From the NCBI RefSeq assembly GCF_036321535.1, contig NC_087436.1:63490001-63554000 (forward strand): DNA of 64,000 bases, in the 5' to 3' direction. The notes below the pieces were generated by a model. It made no database searches, was not told the origin of the DNA, and was given only the letters and a program-made list of their open reading frames with translations. Of this stretch, positions 27,190 to 41,170 are shown one piece after another; position 1 is the first letter of the stretch; each line of letters begins with the position of its first letter. A program made the translations under genes and the position numbers. The DNA is from Camelus dromedarius (taxonomy: Eukaryota).

Positions 27190-29312
27190 CCCAGAGACAA
27201 GAAATTGAAGAACTTGTCACCAGGGAAAATAAGCCTCAAAGAAATAATGTATGAATATTAGCAGCCTCGGCTTTCCCAACAAAAGAGCATCCACTGGTGA
27301 AGCTGACCAGCTGGTAAGACTCACCTTAGACAATGGTGTCCAATCAGCTGTTAAATTGCCTCACTCTTAAATATCTATGGACAGCCAAAGATCACCACGC
27401 ATCTGAGCAAAAACTCTAAGATATAAGATAGGAAAGAAAAAGGGAGAATGCAAACATCAGGTGAAAATGTTCTTCTAAAAAACCTAAAGTTTTGTGGTAT
27501 TGCAGGGATAAGGGAAATGATTAAATAAAACAAGTTCACAAAAATAGAAGATACAGATAATACAAAGCATCTCCTAAAAAGTAAAAGTATAGTATGAGAA
27601 TCAAATTAATATGAAAAAATAAAGCTGAAGAACACTACTAGAAAGAAGAATAAGAATACAGAGAGGAAAATTGAAAAGGAAATATTAGGGAATTAGAAGA
27701 TCAGTTAAGAATTCCAGCATCCTTATAATAAAGAATCTCAGAAATTAGACAAAACAGCTGGAGCATAAACTATCAAAATAATCCAAGGGAATATCTCAGA
27801 ACTACAGGGATCACCCCAAGTGTTATGATCTGCATCACAACCCCCAAATTTATATGTTGAAACCCTAAAATACTATACCTCAGAATGTAACTGTATTTGA
27901 TGATAGAGCTTTTCAAAAAGTGATTAGGTTAAAATGAGGTCATTAGCATGGGCCCTAATCTGACTGGTGTACCCATAAGAGGAAATTTGGAGACACAAAA
28001 ATCCCAGGGGTGCACTTACAGAGCAGACACCCTGTGAGGACACATGTGAAAGGCAGCTGTCTGCAAGCCAAGGAGAGAGACCTCAGAAGGAACTAAACCT
28101 GCTGACACCTTGGTCTTGGACTTCAGGCTCCAGAGCTGTGAGGAAAACACAACTCTTGTTTCAGCCAGCCAGTCTGTGGTATTTTGTCATGACAGCCTTA
28201 GCAAACTAACATATCAAATGATGAAGAAGACTCTTCCCCAAAGTACATCATAGTGAAATTTCAAAACACAAAACATAAATTAAGAACCTGAGTTTCCACA
28301 GAAAGAAGTCTCCAATTAAAGAGGAAAAAAAAAAAAAGAAATCAAAATAGGAAGCAGCCAAACTGTGCTATCCTTCACAAAAGCAACCCTGGATACCAGA
28401 AGGCAGCTGAGTAATGCCTTGACAATTCTAAGGGGAATTAATTCCCAAACTAGAATTTTACATCCAGTCACCATATCATTCAAGAATGGAGGAGAGAATT
28501 TTTAGTAATGTAAGGTCTCAAAGTATTTCCCTTCCATCCATTTATTCTCAAGAACATACTGAAGATATATTACACCAAATTAGGTGAGGTAATCAAGAAA
28601 GAAGATGGTATGGAACTGAGAACACCAGAGGTTTAACACAGGAGGGAGGTGATGGGAATCCTGGAGGTGATAGTGAAAGGATCAGAGAAAATCCAGGGCT
28701 TACTGGAGTGGGGACACAAGGCTCTAATAAAGAGTGATACCCAGAAGTGAAACTAATGTGAAAATGAACATTAAAAAAATGTTGAAGGAAGATTTACACC
28801 TCTGAGTGTAACGGTGACTTCATAAAAGTACAGAAAATGAAACAAATGAAAAACTGGGCAGTCTTTACCTTCAGCAAAAAATAAAAGTTGCATAAGAAAA
28901 GAAATGCAGTATTTGTATACCAAAGGGTTCAATTATGAACAATAATTACATGGAGATTATGATGTACACATGGAATAAGAACTCTAATGTACTAACTATA
29001 TTGGGAGGGCAGGGAAAAGACAAATGCATGTGAGGAGAAGTGCTGGTCAGGTAGGAAGCAACATCCTCATCTTTAGTAGGAAGGACAGAGATAGTATCTA
29101 AAACTAGTACTGCAAACTCACAATATTACATGAGCATTTGATTTAGAAATATGGAGGTGATTACTAGGATAAATACTTCAAATAGCTGCCTCTGTGAAGC
29201 AAGAATAAGAAGCACCTATCAGGGCAGGTGCTGCTTTGTATTGCTCTTATTAACCTATAAAACTTTTTGAATTTTAGAACTTTGTGCGTTAGACAATTTG
29301 AAAAAAAAAATT
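27190..29312 (+). mobile_element. HAL1 / ancient L1-like element, interrupted by MLT1B
   Basis: A-rich decayed ORF1-like tract ('gcctcactcttaaatatctatggacagccaaagatcacca', 'catcatagtgaaatttcaaaacac', 'aaactagaattttacatccag') and a HAL1-like 3' end at about 29180-29312. Confidence 0.6.
27821..28213 (+). mobile_element. MLT1B-like MaLR solo LTR
   Basis: 'tgttatg...acctcagaatgtaactgtatttg...ctgcaagccaaggagagagacctcagaagg...cagtctgtggtattttgtcatgacagccttagcaaactaacata'. Confidence 0.85.
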
Positions 29313-31213
29313 GAAAAAGAGTCTCAGGTGACTGAGTCAAGCCAAGTATACTGATAATCCAGATTTGAGCTAATGTGATTTTTGGAGCATTTCTCCTTAC
29401 TGCCATAGCCAAGCCCCAGTCTGGCCCAGTCTTTCTTGACTTGGGCTTTACAGCAGAATCATTAGTGGGTTTCCAATAGTCTTTTACCCTTGTATCCCCT
29501 TCTAACATCCTTGGATAATTTTTCAGATAAAATGATTCTTGAAAATTCTTCTTGTTTTAGAAATTGGACCAGATTCATCATTTCCTGTTTCTAGGTAGGA
29601 ACCAAGGAACAAGACAGAAATTCATTGATTAGAACTGGTGCTGTGAATTAGAACAGGGAACATGTCTCTTTATCACTCTTCTGAGTAGGAGTCAAACTGC
29701 CTCTGGCTAAGAGCAAATGAACAGTCTGAGGAACTAGGTCCTTGTCTTATTGCTGCCTGTCTGCGCTCCAGTTACATAAACTCTCAGCAATGGTTTGCTG
29801 TTGGCACTTGGAGTGAGGATCTGCTCTTGAACACTATTGCTGGTTGGAGTTCCTCTCCTTCCCTTCCTACTGTCCTACCTTCTTCCTTCCTTCCTTCTTT
29901 TCATCCAGTCATTGACGATTCATGCAACAACACAATGGCAGTTCATCTGTTGTCAGGCCTTACAGACGACATCCTTCTTTAAAGAAGACTTGTAAACTCT
30001 CTGCCTCTTAAGCCCTGCCTGGATAACCAGGTAGCTAGCTCTTTGGTGATTTGACTGGCTGACCTGAGTACTGTCTCCTCCTCTCATCACTATTTTGAAC
30101 TTCTTTCCCATAAACTGCTGATTAAAGTCATGCTGGATTTAGGATAACCTCCTTAAAATGAATGTAGTATAAACTTGCCTGCCTGAAGACAGGAAAGCTG
30201 GAAAAATTTGTCTTAAAGTTTATTCTAGCTTTAAAAATCTTTGTTCTTAAATGTTGTTGGCCTTCTCAGACGTAGCTTACTATAAAAATATACCATGCTA
30301 AAAAGTAACACAGGAGCAAAGAAATGTCTAAACTCTGACAATAATAATTGACAGGATAAATATTTTAGGAAAATGTTTCCAACTGTTACTCTTTGATCAC
30401 TATTGAGTAACATTCAGGAATAGACAGAAAAGGTTTTTGGCGATTGAGCTCTTGAACAAAGAAAGCTGATGAATTTCTCAGTGGGGAAATAAGAGACACA
30501 TCGTTGGCTCCTTTTTAGACCTTGTAAGTACATTAATGAGTCTTGTTCTCTGGTTCTTGTGAATATAAAACTCATTGGCTTGCGTGCACTTCAGTGTCCC
30601 TAGACTGCAGTTGGAGCTTTGCCTGAGAAAGGACACAGAATGGCACGCCTGCACTGTAGGATAGATGGCCCCGGGTCAGACTCAGATCCTGTCTGTGTTC
30701 CACTGTGATAAACACTTCTGTCATTACAGGCTCATTTCTTTCTTTTTGTCCCTCAAATACGTTATATTTTCATAAATTATAAACGTATGTCAAATTTCGA
30801 AATTATGGTATGTGTGCCATTTTTCAGTGTTTCTTCAACTTTTACTGGGGCATTTCTACTAAGTGACAAATACTTGCTTTCTAGAGGAGTCAGGCTCTAA
30901 AATAGCAAAGAGAACAAAGGAATTGTGACTTGTGAAAGACAGGGGTTCGCCCACATGTACTGTCAGAGGTTATAAAAGCCAAAACTCAATTTCACTACTT
31001 CCCTGTTGGTCCTGTATCCAAGTCCTGGACAGTGAAACAGTTCTGCTGCTTCTGCCTCTTCCTCTAAGCCTGAGCTTTCTGCACTGTGCCTGGAATTGCA
31101 GCAGCCATACCAAAGATGGTAGAACAGGAGGGGAGGAGACTGGTTCCTTGATGGTGTCATGGAGCAGGTTGTGATGGCCTAAATTTTGGCTGGAACCTTG
31201 TCTTTTTAATAGA

Positions 31214-31557
31214 TGCTATAGACTGAAATTTTATGCTCTGCCCCTCAATTCATCTGTTGAAACCTAATCCCCAATGTGATGGTATTTGGAGGCAGAGCCT
31301 TCTAGGAGGTGACTAGGTTATAATGACCAAGAATAGTGTCCTTATAAAAGAGACAGCAGAGAGCTTTCTTGCCCCTTCATACGGGGACATAGTGAAAAAA
31401 TGGCTGTGAACCAGGGAGCAGGCTCTTACCAGACCCCAAATCTGCCAGCGTCTAGATCTTGGCCTTCCCAGCCTGCAGAGTTGTGAGGAATGAATTTCAG
31501 TTGATAAGCCACATGGTCTGTGGCATTCTGATAGAGCAGCCTGAATGGACTAGGGCA
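31214..31557 (+). mobile_element. MLT1A-type MaLR solo LTR
   Basis: 'tgctatagactgaa...aacctaatccccaatgtgatggtatttggagg...ccttataaaagagac...agcagcctgaatggactagggca'. Confidence 0.85.
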
Positions 31558-33939
31558 GTATCTCCTGTAGAAACTAATGGAAAATCCTGCCTTACAAAGA
31601 CCAAGTCCTTCATTTGAGTATTGTATTCTCAAAGTGCAGGGCAGACTCTCAGGTAATTGACGTAATCTTTACAGACCTTTAAGATGAGTTTACCAAAGTG
31701 TACAGCACACCCTTGACAGTATATATTTGAGGGAAAATTATCTCATACTGGACAAAAAGCTTGGCTTGCTCCCATAATTTACGCTGCCTTCTAATACAAC
31801 ATGTAAATTTAACATTTCAGACTAATTTTGAAAGAAGAAATCTTTTTATACAACTATTCTAGGAAAGATCAAGGTTATGTGTGTGTGTGTGTATATTTTC
31901 AAAATTAGCATAAAAATGAGATCATATTAAATACATTAGTGTGTATACCTGGAGTATAACTGCCAGACAAACATCACTTTCTTTACAGACGTTGAGATTA
32001 TGGCATCTGCTCATCCCCTAGGCTGATGTTCCCTCTGCTGCTGTCAGGCAGCAGAGATTCCCAGAGCTAAGTGATTTAAGCAGATGTCTGTTGGAGAGGA
32101 TCACATCAAGCAGGGTTTCCTCCTGATCCGCCTGTACTCCCTGCTGGGGGATCGCCTCTCATTAGTAGCTGCTTAAAGAGCAGAGATTTACAGTAAAACA
32201 AATTGATAAGTGGGGAATGAGGGGCTGGGTGGAAAAATCTCAACAGCTGATACCCCTCAAGCAGATTTTTTTGCGTCCAAAAATGTCATTGTATATACAA
32301 AATACTAAATGACTACTTCTGAGTGTACACACACATGCACACACATAACAAGTGAAGTAAGAACGACTAGGGAGAGGATTCTGTATTTCTGGCCTTTTGT
32401 AAGTCAAGCCGTGAGCGTGTGACTTAGTGCTGACACAGAGAACAAGCGCCTGTACTCTTGTGGCTACAGTTCCAATGGGCGCTAACGAGCATGCCTTCTA
32501 GCATTTGCTCATTAGACTCCAATTCTTTTCTTCCAGTTTCTGAACACTTTCCATCACAAACTCCAGGTTCAATTAATATTAAAATATTCAGAAATCACTA
32601 TTTGCAGAAAAAGCAAACTACATCATCTTCACTGTTTTCAATGATACATTGCACAGTGACGTTCCTTCACAAATAATTAATCTGACCAACTAAAATGCCA
32701 CATTCTGAAACTAGCTATAATCTGAAGAAATCTGCCACAAAGACATTGCAAACACGAGGAAGCTTTCCCGAAAACTGTCCCAGTTACTGTCTGTGATATA
32801 CTTTCTGAGCCAATGCAAAAGGAAGCATAAGTTAAATAAAGACTTTCTCATCCGGCCTCAAAAACAATTTAAGTCATGACAATTTCAATTATGGGTGGTG
32901 AAAACAACTAACTCATACAGCGCTGCAGAGTTGACAAAACGCTTGCACATACATTGCCCCCTATGAAATACCATTATTCTAATAATTGTTTTGCCAGATA
33001 GCTACAAAATGGGGTTCCTCAGGGTGTTTTACTACTTGCTAGGCTAAAGAAACAATGATTTGTGACAGGTGATCAGATTTCAAGCTGTAGGAGATAGCAG
33101 ATTTTGCTGAATTTTCAGTTTCATTGTTTAAAAGGAAATGGAACCCCTTACTCGATGTCCAAGCAGCTGTTTTAAATCTCCTCAGAGTGGTCAGTGGAAA
33201 TCACCTTGAAAGGTATCTAAACATCAGTTAAGCTGCAGAATTTTTTTTAATACCCTGATTACTGACATTCTCAGTCATCTTATCTAAATGAGGAGCTGTT
33301 TAAAATTTTTCTCAGGATTTTTAGACTTGTCAAAGTGGGGGAATTTCTGGCATTTAGACAGGTTTAAATCTTAAGGACAATTTTATGGATTAAAAATTAA
33401 AACCTAGTTTTCAAGGACTCTAGGATTAAGCAAAGTCTAGATCCATTTTGGTTGGTGTGAGGGTGGTAGGGGGTGGTTTACCAGATGGAGAAAATGCAGA
33501 GCCAAGAAGACCAGTAGAAGAGTGGTCAAAGGGGATTCTCCAGATTTGTTTTTAAGATTGGATTTTCAACCTCTGCCCTCAGAGCTATTCCAGAAGAGAA
33601 TTTGAATATTTACTCCAATTTTTTTTCTACTTCATTGTTGTGCTTCTTGTGTAGGAAAAAAATAAGGAGACAGAAAAACAATAATCTTTATTCCAAAATA
33701 TAATAGAATCAACCTACCTTATCTTGAAAAAATGTTTTCATTTTCATTGTGTTGTTCCCAGAAAGACAATCTTTGTCAGCTGTCTGTTTATTTGTTCTTT
33801 CCCTTGAATTAAAATTAAGTAATTGCTGTCTCCTGGGGGGACTGTATGGTTAATAACAAGCAAAAGAGAACATACTGAATTATGGGGTTGATATTCTGAA
33901 CTTTATGTCTACTGATCTGATAGTCAAGAAGCGACTATT

Positions 33940-34060
33940 CTTTCAACAAATGTTTTTTGAGTGTCTACTATGCATCAAGCATTATTTCTAGTCCTTTCAA
34001 ACTATAACAGTGAATAAAACAGACAAAAATCCTATTCCTGTTGGAAATTACATTTTAGGG
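33940..34060 (-). mobile_element. L2 3' end
   Basis: 'ttcaacaaatgttttttgagtgtctactatgcatcaagca...cagtgaataaaacagacaaaaatcct'. Confidence 0.7.
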
Positions 34061-36899
34061 CCATAGTATTATCATAAGTAATATGCAGAATGTTCTTGTA
34101 ATACTAGGAGTTTCTCTGTAAAACACAAAGCAAAAAAAACAAAATGATTTTCACATCAAATCTTGAGTAAAAAAAATAATTTATTATAGCTTTTGGCTTT
34201 TTATTATAACCTTTTTAAAATTTAAGTAGGCACTTTTTTCATGTTTGTAAATCAAACATTATATATATTTAGCCTTATATTCAGGGTAAACTACTATTTA
34301 AAAATACATTTAGAGTTAGCAATCAGGAATTACAATAATAGCATCAACAGATTCAACTCCTTGAAGACAAAATATATAAATGAATAGGAAACAATTCTTA
34401 GAGGCAGTATTTTCTTACTAACCTGAGAATTGTTTTTCAAAAAATAAAATTTAACAGTGAAGTTTCCTTACTGTTTTCTAGATTATATACACATACACAT
34501 ATAAATCAATAGATGTATTATAAGTTATAGTGTAACAATTACTATTAAAATGGCCATTTGAAGTTTATACTTCAAGTGCAGTATTTTGAAATACAAATTC
34601 TTATATCTTATTATTAGAATAGAAGTTACCATAGCAGAAGCATGTGTGGGCAGAAGCTTTCAAAATCTGCTAGCTGGGGGCTATAATAGAAAGATCCAGA
34701 GAATTCCCTAGAGTGATCTTAATACCTGTCACATCTGAAAGAATATTTGTTAAAGTCATATGTTTAGGAAGGCTAAGTTAAAAATACTCTGGATAAAGAA
34801 CATTGGAAATGCAGTAGACCAAATGCAAGCCTTGAGTGTCAAAAGCCCATGTTTATATTTTCTCTAGTACTGCCAAGGAACAAATGTCTATCCCAGGGCA
34901 GAATGTGGGAAGAACCACTTGGAAATAGCATCAATGAATTTCCTAAAAATGAAAAAAAACCAATTGTGCCAATGAAGTTTTTAGTTTTGGCACATGGGAG
35001 TTTTTTAACAGAAAATATTCATACCTAAGTAGAAGCAACTAAGGCTAACAAGAGAAAACTAATGAAATTGTTAAACCTGCATCTTTTTCTGCATCCTTTT
35101 TAAAATTTTTTCTGTAGTAATAATTGGCTTCAAGCCCAGAAGAAATAATCTAGTTACCAGCTCCTATCACTCTTATAATGACCTCATGATCTCTTACACA
35201 TGAAATGAAATCTCTGCATTAATTTCTGTGAAGCCAGAAACCCAGGAGCAATGGGGAAGTGGAGCTGTCTGAAACCCAGTCTGTATCTGTGATACAGATC
35301 CTAGCTTGACTTAACGTCTGCTCTTTTCAGTTCATAACAAAACAGATGGGGAAAGAGAGGGGGAAAATGATTATATGTATGTCTAGAATTTTAAAAGCTA
35401 AGAAAACTTAGAGTTTAGCATAAACATTATTACCAAGTGAACATATATAAGAAAAATAACAGCTTTGATTAATAACACATAAAAATATATTAACACATTT
35501 ACCAAGCCTCAAGCCAAAAACATGGTTGCTTGATTTATTTAATAAAATGATTTGTAGCTGTCTAGGCTTTAAATGAAGATTGCATTGTGATTAGATCCCT
35601 ATCTTTAGTGAGTTTAAAATCTAGTAGGAGAGAGAAACATGTAAACGCCACATAAAAATGCTTTAATATGGGAGCATACTGTAAGGTACACTACCTAGGT
35701 AGCAGTTACGGGATTGGGGAAGAGAAAAAAGGACCAAAGCATGACTAGGTATCCTATTAGGATAAGGAAGAAATGAGTGTTCTAGACAATGAACATAAAA
35801 CGTACAAGGGCAAGGAAATGTGGAAGACAAATTTTTCCCCCAAAATGTAAGTAGTTCAGTATGATTTAACCAGTGGTTGTCAACTGGGGAATTGTTGGAA
35901 AACCATTCTATGTCCATGTCATAGAGCCTCTTGAATTCAGAGCAGTAAGGAAGTAGCGGGAAAAAATAGGCTTTAACTCATGGGTTCAAAATTAGGTTTT
36001 GCCACTTTGTTAATAGAATCTCTTCAGATCTCAGTTTTGCCTTCTGGGGATAAAAAATTACTTTATAGGATTAGTGTGAGGATTAAATGAGATATTTATA
36101 TATAAAGTATCTGACAGATGGATATATGAGATAGATAAGAAAGATGTTAAAGATAAAGATGTAGTTGTGGAAATTAGTTGGATATAGGTGTTAGGTGAAG
36201 CTGTAGGAATAGACAGAAAAGGAGGTGAAAAAAGACATGATGAAAAGAGCATAGAGTTTGGAGACCTACTGAGTTTCTGAGTAGAAAGGATGGGCAGAAT
36301 AAGAGGACTCCATGGAAGAAATAGGGATGATATAGTCTGCAAAGCAAAGAGTGAACCTTGAGAAATATGTATTAGTGGATAGCCAGCCAGTAAAGAATCC
36401 TTCTTTCAGGAACTCAGCTTACCAAAGTCTGGGAAACATTACATATCACCTTTTCTAATTAGATGACCCCCAAGATAAGGACAACATTTCCTGAATGTTT
36501 ATAATTAGCGGATTATCCTTCTGGAGAGCTCTCCTGTAATTAAGGGTAGACTGCTTTCAAAGATATTCCTATAGAAGCCTGCATAGAGTACTGGTAGAGT
36601 GTTTAACAGTTGGGAGCCTCTTATGGCTGCCTCTAGGGTAAAAGCTACCATGTTCTGAGGCGCAGAGAAATGAATGCCTGGCTTCTTTAAAAGATTCACA
36701 GTCCTAAGTGCACATGTGTGTCCCCTGGAAAGAAAATGCTGTTAGTTACTGTACATTCCTTCCACATAGGGCATACAACAGTTGGGATACCCAGGTTAAG
36801 TTGCCTTCAACATGGTTTCCAGATGGCTTGTAAGCCTTAGTGTTCCCAGTGTTCCCAAATCTGTATAATTGAGTGTAGTCTTTGACTTTGGAAGGACTA

Positions 36900-37223
36900 T
36901 GTCTTAGTTCATTTATGCTGCTATTACAAAATACCACAGACTGGGTATAAACAACAGAAATTTATTTCTCACAGTTCCGGAGTTTGCAAGTCTGAGATCA
37001 GGGTGCCAGCATGTTTAAGTGAAGACCCTCTTCCAGGTGGCAGATTTCTTACTGTATCTTCACATGGCAGGAGGGGCCAGGGAGCTCCGTGGGGTTTCTT
37101 TCATAAGAGCTCTAAGGCTCCGCCTTCATGACCTAATGACCTCCCATTCCTAATACCATCACTTCGGGCATTAAGATTTCAGGACATGAATGTGAGGGTG
37201 AAATAAACATTTGGTCCATAGCA
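36900..37223 (-). mobile_element. MLT1A-type MaLR solo LTR
   Basis: 'tgtcttagttcatttatgctgctattacaaaataccacagactggg...aacagaaatttatttctcacagttc...taataccatcac...aacatttggtccatagca'. Confidence 0.85.
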
Positions 37224-37315
37224 CATTACTTGAGAGCAGTCAGTTTGGTCCCATTTTCTACTCCACTAACAGTATTGGGCCAGGTGTTCAGTTTTGATGA
37301 AACACAGTAGCAGGC

Positions 37316-37549
37316 TGTTATGAACTGAATGTTTATCTCCCTGCAAATTCATATTTTTAAGCTCCAGCTCTCAAGGTGATGGTGAGATGAGGTCATGAGG
37401 GTGGGACCCTCATGCTGGGATTAGTGGCCTTTTAAGAACAGACACTAGAGAATTCCCTCTCTCTCTTCTTTCTGCCCTGTGAAGGTACAGAAGAAAGCAG
37501 CCATCTGAAATCTTAGAGGAGGGCTCTCACCAGAAACTGACGTGCAGGC
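37316..37549 (+). mobile_element. MLT1A-type LTR, 3'-truncated
   Basis: 'tgttatgaactgaatgtttatctcc...gaggtcatgagggtgggaccctcatgctgggattagtg...ctctcaccagaaact'. Confidence 0.75.
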
Positions 37550-40500
37550 TAATAACTCCCCCGCCCCCCAAAAAAGCATATCAGTGGGAAAGAATATCTG
37601 TGGGGAAGATAATCCAAATCCTAAAGTTTATCTCCAGTTTGAGTATGTCTATCTTTCCAAAGGCTCCAAATGGAAAAAAGCATCAAAGATACTTGTATTT
37701 TCAAGAAGTCACTTGAGTTGTGTGGCTTCAATGGTGAATATCGTGCCACATCTTGATGGAATGCTTCTTCTGAAGTCAGCTGGTTTGAGCTCCACTCAGA
37801 AGATACTGCAGGCATATTAGTCTACATAAGGAACCAAGGAACATGCCTCAGTTGGACAGGTACTGTGTCCAATACTCAAGAATCCAAGGTCCAGGGCTTC
37901 CTTTTTGGTCAAGGGGACCTGAAGGGACAATAGTTTGTTTTACTAACACAGAAGTTGAGTGAATTGTGAATCTTCTCACATAGCCCCAAGAAACTTTACT
38001 TGGTGGGCAGGTCCCTGAATTTTATTCTGGGTATTTCTATTTTCAAATTACTCATATTAAGAACTCAGTCCTAAAATAACAGAATATCCCCAATAATATG
38101 CATAGTCATATAAACACTGGGAATTAGTTACAAAAATAATGTCATCATAGTTTCAGAAAAAGAGTTTATTTCTAGTTTATAGTGTGCATTAAAAAGGTAA
38201 TATACTATTTCAGAAAATGACTGTTCTTCTAATTACATACGTAGCTTTAGAACAGAAAGGGGTCATAGCTGATTTTTAGCAGACAAACACAGTCCAAAAA
38301 CATAAGGGTTGTCAGACAAAACATTTTCTGTATAGAGGACAAGTACGTATTAGTGGGTTTTTAATGAAGAAATGATTAAAGGTAACCTTCAGATTAATCC
38401 TTTCTGTAAAAACTTCCCCCAAGACATGTCAAGTTAAAATGGAAGCAAGCTCAGCAGTGCAGTTTCAAGGGTCTGGATTGAAAGCGGAAATGAATCAGCA
38501 AAACTAATGTCTGCTTTAATGAATACGGTAACCCAACTGGGGCAGCAGCAAGGGTGAAAATGAGAAGGGGGCGCTCTGATGTGGAGTAAGGCAGCAAGTC
38601 TTGCACTTCCTTATCTCTCATCCTGGCAACAGTCTCACAAAATGGCTTCCAGGATCTCAGTTTCACTGAGGTGGAAACTGGGACTCAGGGCCAAATACTT
38701 ACCCAAGACTACACAGGCAGCAAGAAACAAGCCCACTTTAAAGTTAGCACTCTCTGAATCCCAGGCTCAGAACCTTCTCCTTACGTGACCCAGCCTTGCT
38801 GTTCAAGAGAAAAAAAAGTAGGATGGGGCTGGGGGCAGAAAATGAGAAAGATCAAACCTCATGGGGATTTCAAACAGAAGTTGAGGAAAACGGAATGAAA
38901 AACAGGCTAGGAAGGCACAAACAAAGGGTAAGAAAGGAATCAGAAGAGGGGGCTTGAGCAACAAAGGAGCCAGGTGGCATGTACCACCAGAGAAATGCAT
39001 TTTCCTGAATTCTCAATGATGAAAAGTAGAGTGTTGGGTAAAACATCTAAAGCAACAAATGGAGGGAAATACTGAAGGGGAAGAAGGTAAATGGGTCATT
39101 AAAAATAGAAGTAAAACCTATTAGGGGAGAGAGAGAGAAAGCAATTAAGCTTGACAACTGAAAGATAAATCAGACTCAAAGGAAGTAAGTTAATGGAAAC
39201 CAATTTAAAAATTTAAAATGACTTCTGTATTTCAAACCAACCCAAAACCATATGTAACCAAAACACGTGTGTGCACATATACACACGCACATACACATAC
39301 CACAGATGCACATGTATGCACACTCACTCTATAGTTAACCAAAAACATACTTTCAGAAGTCATTGTGAAATGATTTGAAATTTTATTATGAATTCCAAGC
39401 AGTCAGAGGTCTATCTATGATGTTTAAATGACAGAAAAGAATCTTGTGTTTTCTAACTTGAACCAACTCTTTTGATAGATTTAATAAATTCAGTGAGAGG
39501 TTATCTATTGTTTTATATCATTAAAATGCTCATTTTAAGGTCATAAAGTGATAATCATACATACCTAGACAAAAGATGCCTGTTTCTGCACGTTTTAAGA
39601 AGGTAAGGCATTGACCAGCTACATTCATTTCCTTTGGATCTATAATCACTAATTCTTGTGACTTGTCTGTGAGGGTCACACTGGCCTTTACACTTTCCAC
39701 AAGATACTTCCTGACTTTGTGAAGTCTGCCATGTGCTTAAGCACAAAAGACTTGCATGGACTGAAAATGTTTCTTAAATGAATACGGGACTTATGTAAGA
39801 GGTCTGTGGACATTGTTTTTAACTATACACCACATTTAAAAATTATTAATTCAGGTTCTTTGCTTTAGATGCTCAGTGTCACAAGAGATCTGACACTTTG
39901 CATGCTGAGTACTACAACTGGGAATAGACAGTGTCTTTTTTGTCCCATTAAATTTTGAATATTTACTATGTTCCTGACATTGAACAGTCTACCTTTGAAA
40001 GGCTAACAATTTTTATCAGTCTGCTTTACTATTTTACTCTCAGAATTTAGGTTTGCCTGTTCAAGAAGTGGAGAATAATTTCTTAGAAATAGAAATAAAA
40101 TTCAGAATCTTTCCCTTCTTCAAATGTGTCTTTCATTCAACATCCAGCAGTAAATATTTGAGCAGCTTATATGTTTTATATTCTGTGTTAGGTATGAAGA
40201 ATATGAGGTTGAGCAAGGGGAACATGCTTCATTCGCAAAGATTAAAGTGTAGTTGAACATAGAATAATTAATAATGACATATTTTATGAGGGCATAAATT
40301 AGAGGAACTATAAAGTTCAATGCAAATGCATGTCAGGGACATCTATGCTAGGCTTGGAAAGATAGAAAAATCTCCCCCAAAGTAGTGACCTCAAAGTCGA
40401 CGATCCAAGGTGAATAGATGTTAGATGAGGAACAGACGGTGAGGTTGTTTGAATAGGCATATCCCAGGCATGCAAGAATACTCATAATAGTCCATTGTGA

Positions 40501-40619
40501 TTGCATCATAGATTGCAAGTGAGAGAAGAATCTGTAAAGGCAGGCGACGTCAGATTACGAAGGGTCTAGTAAAGCATGCTTAGGACTTTGAGAGACTATT
40601 GCTCTTTTGGTTCAAACAG

Positions 40620-40782
40620 ATCTGATTTCACTGATTTTAGACTTAAGAGTCTCACAGGATGTGGCCTTAAAGGGGGCCTATTTCTTGGTTTTAATGCCAT
40701 CTTGAAAGTCTTAGTAATTTTTTAACAAGGTGCTCTGCATTTTCATTTGTACTCTTCCCTACAAATTATATAGCTTATCCTA
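40620..40782 (+). mobile_element. MER53-like hAT MITE
   Basis: 'cttggttttaatgccatcttgaaagtcttagtaattttttaacaaggtgctctgcattttcatttgtact...acaaattatatagc'. Confidence 0.7.
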
Positions 40783-40784
40783 CA

Positions 40785-41170
40785 ATTGGGATTATATTTG
40801 GCTGCATATAATAAAAAATCAAGTATGTGAATAAATAAGATAAAGCTTTGTTTCTCTCACATTAAAGTGTGAAGGTAAGCAGGCCAGGACTGGGGTGACT
40901 ATTCCATAGACCTCAGGGATTCAGCTTCCCTTTTTGTAGCCCCTCCACAATCTTTACTACATGACTTCTATCCTCGTAGCCTCATAGTCCGAAATAGCTG
41001 CTGAAGTTCCAACATCATAGCCAACTTCCAGGCACAAAAAGGAAGAATGGCAAAAGTACACACCTCCTTTCTGAGCCTATACTCTTGAAGGAGCTATCCT
41101 GAATACAATTGTGGTTCTGTTTTGAAGGAAGACCTAGAAAATGAATATTGTGTAGTCAATTAAGAAATTC
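40785..41170 (-). mobile_element. Old MLT1 (J/K-type) LTR
   Basis: 'aataaataagataaagctttgtttctctcacat...gaaatagctgctgaagttccaacatcatagccaacttccaggca'. Confidence 0.6.

Noticed and set aside
32033..32056. Perfect 9-bp hairpin ctctgctgc/gcagcagag, and similar small ones near 34555 and 35279
   Set aside because: Stems of this length are expected by chance in 64 kb.
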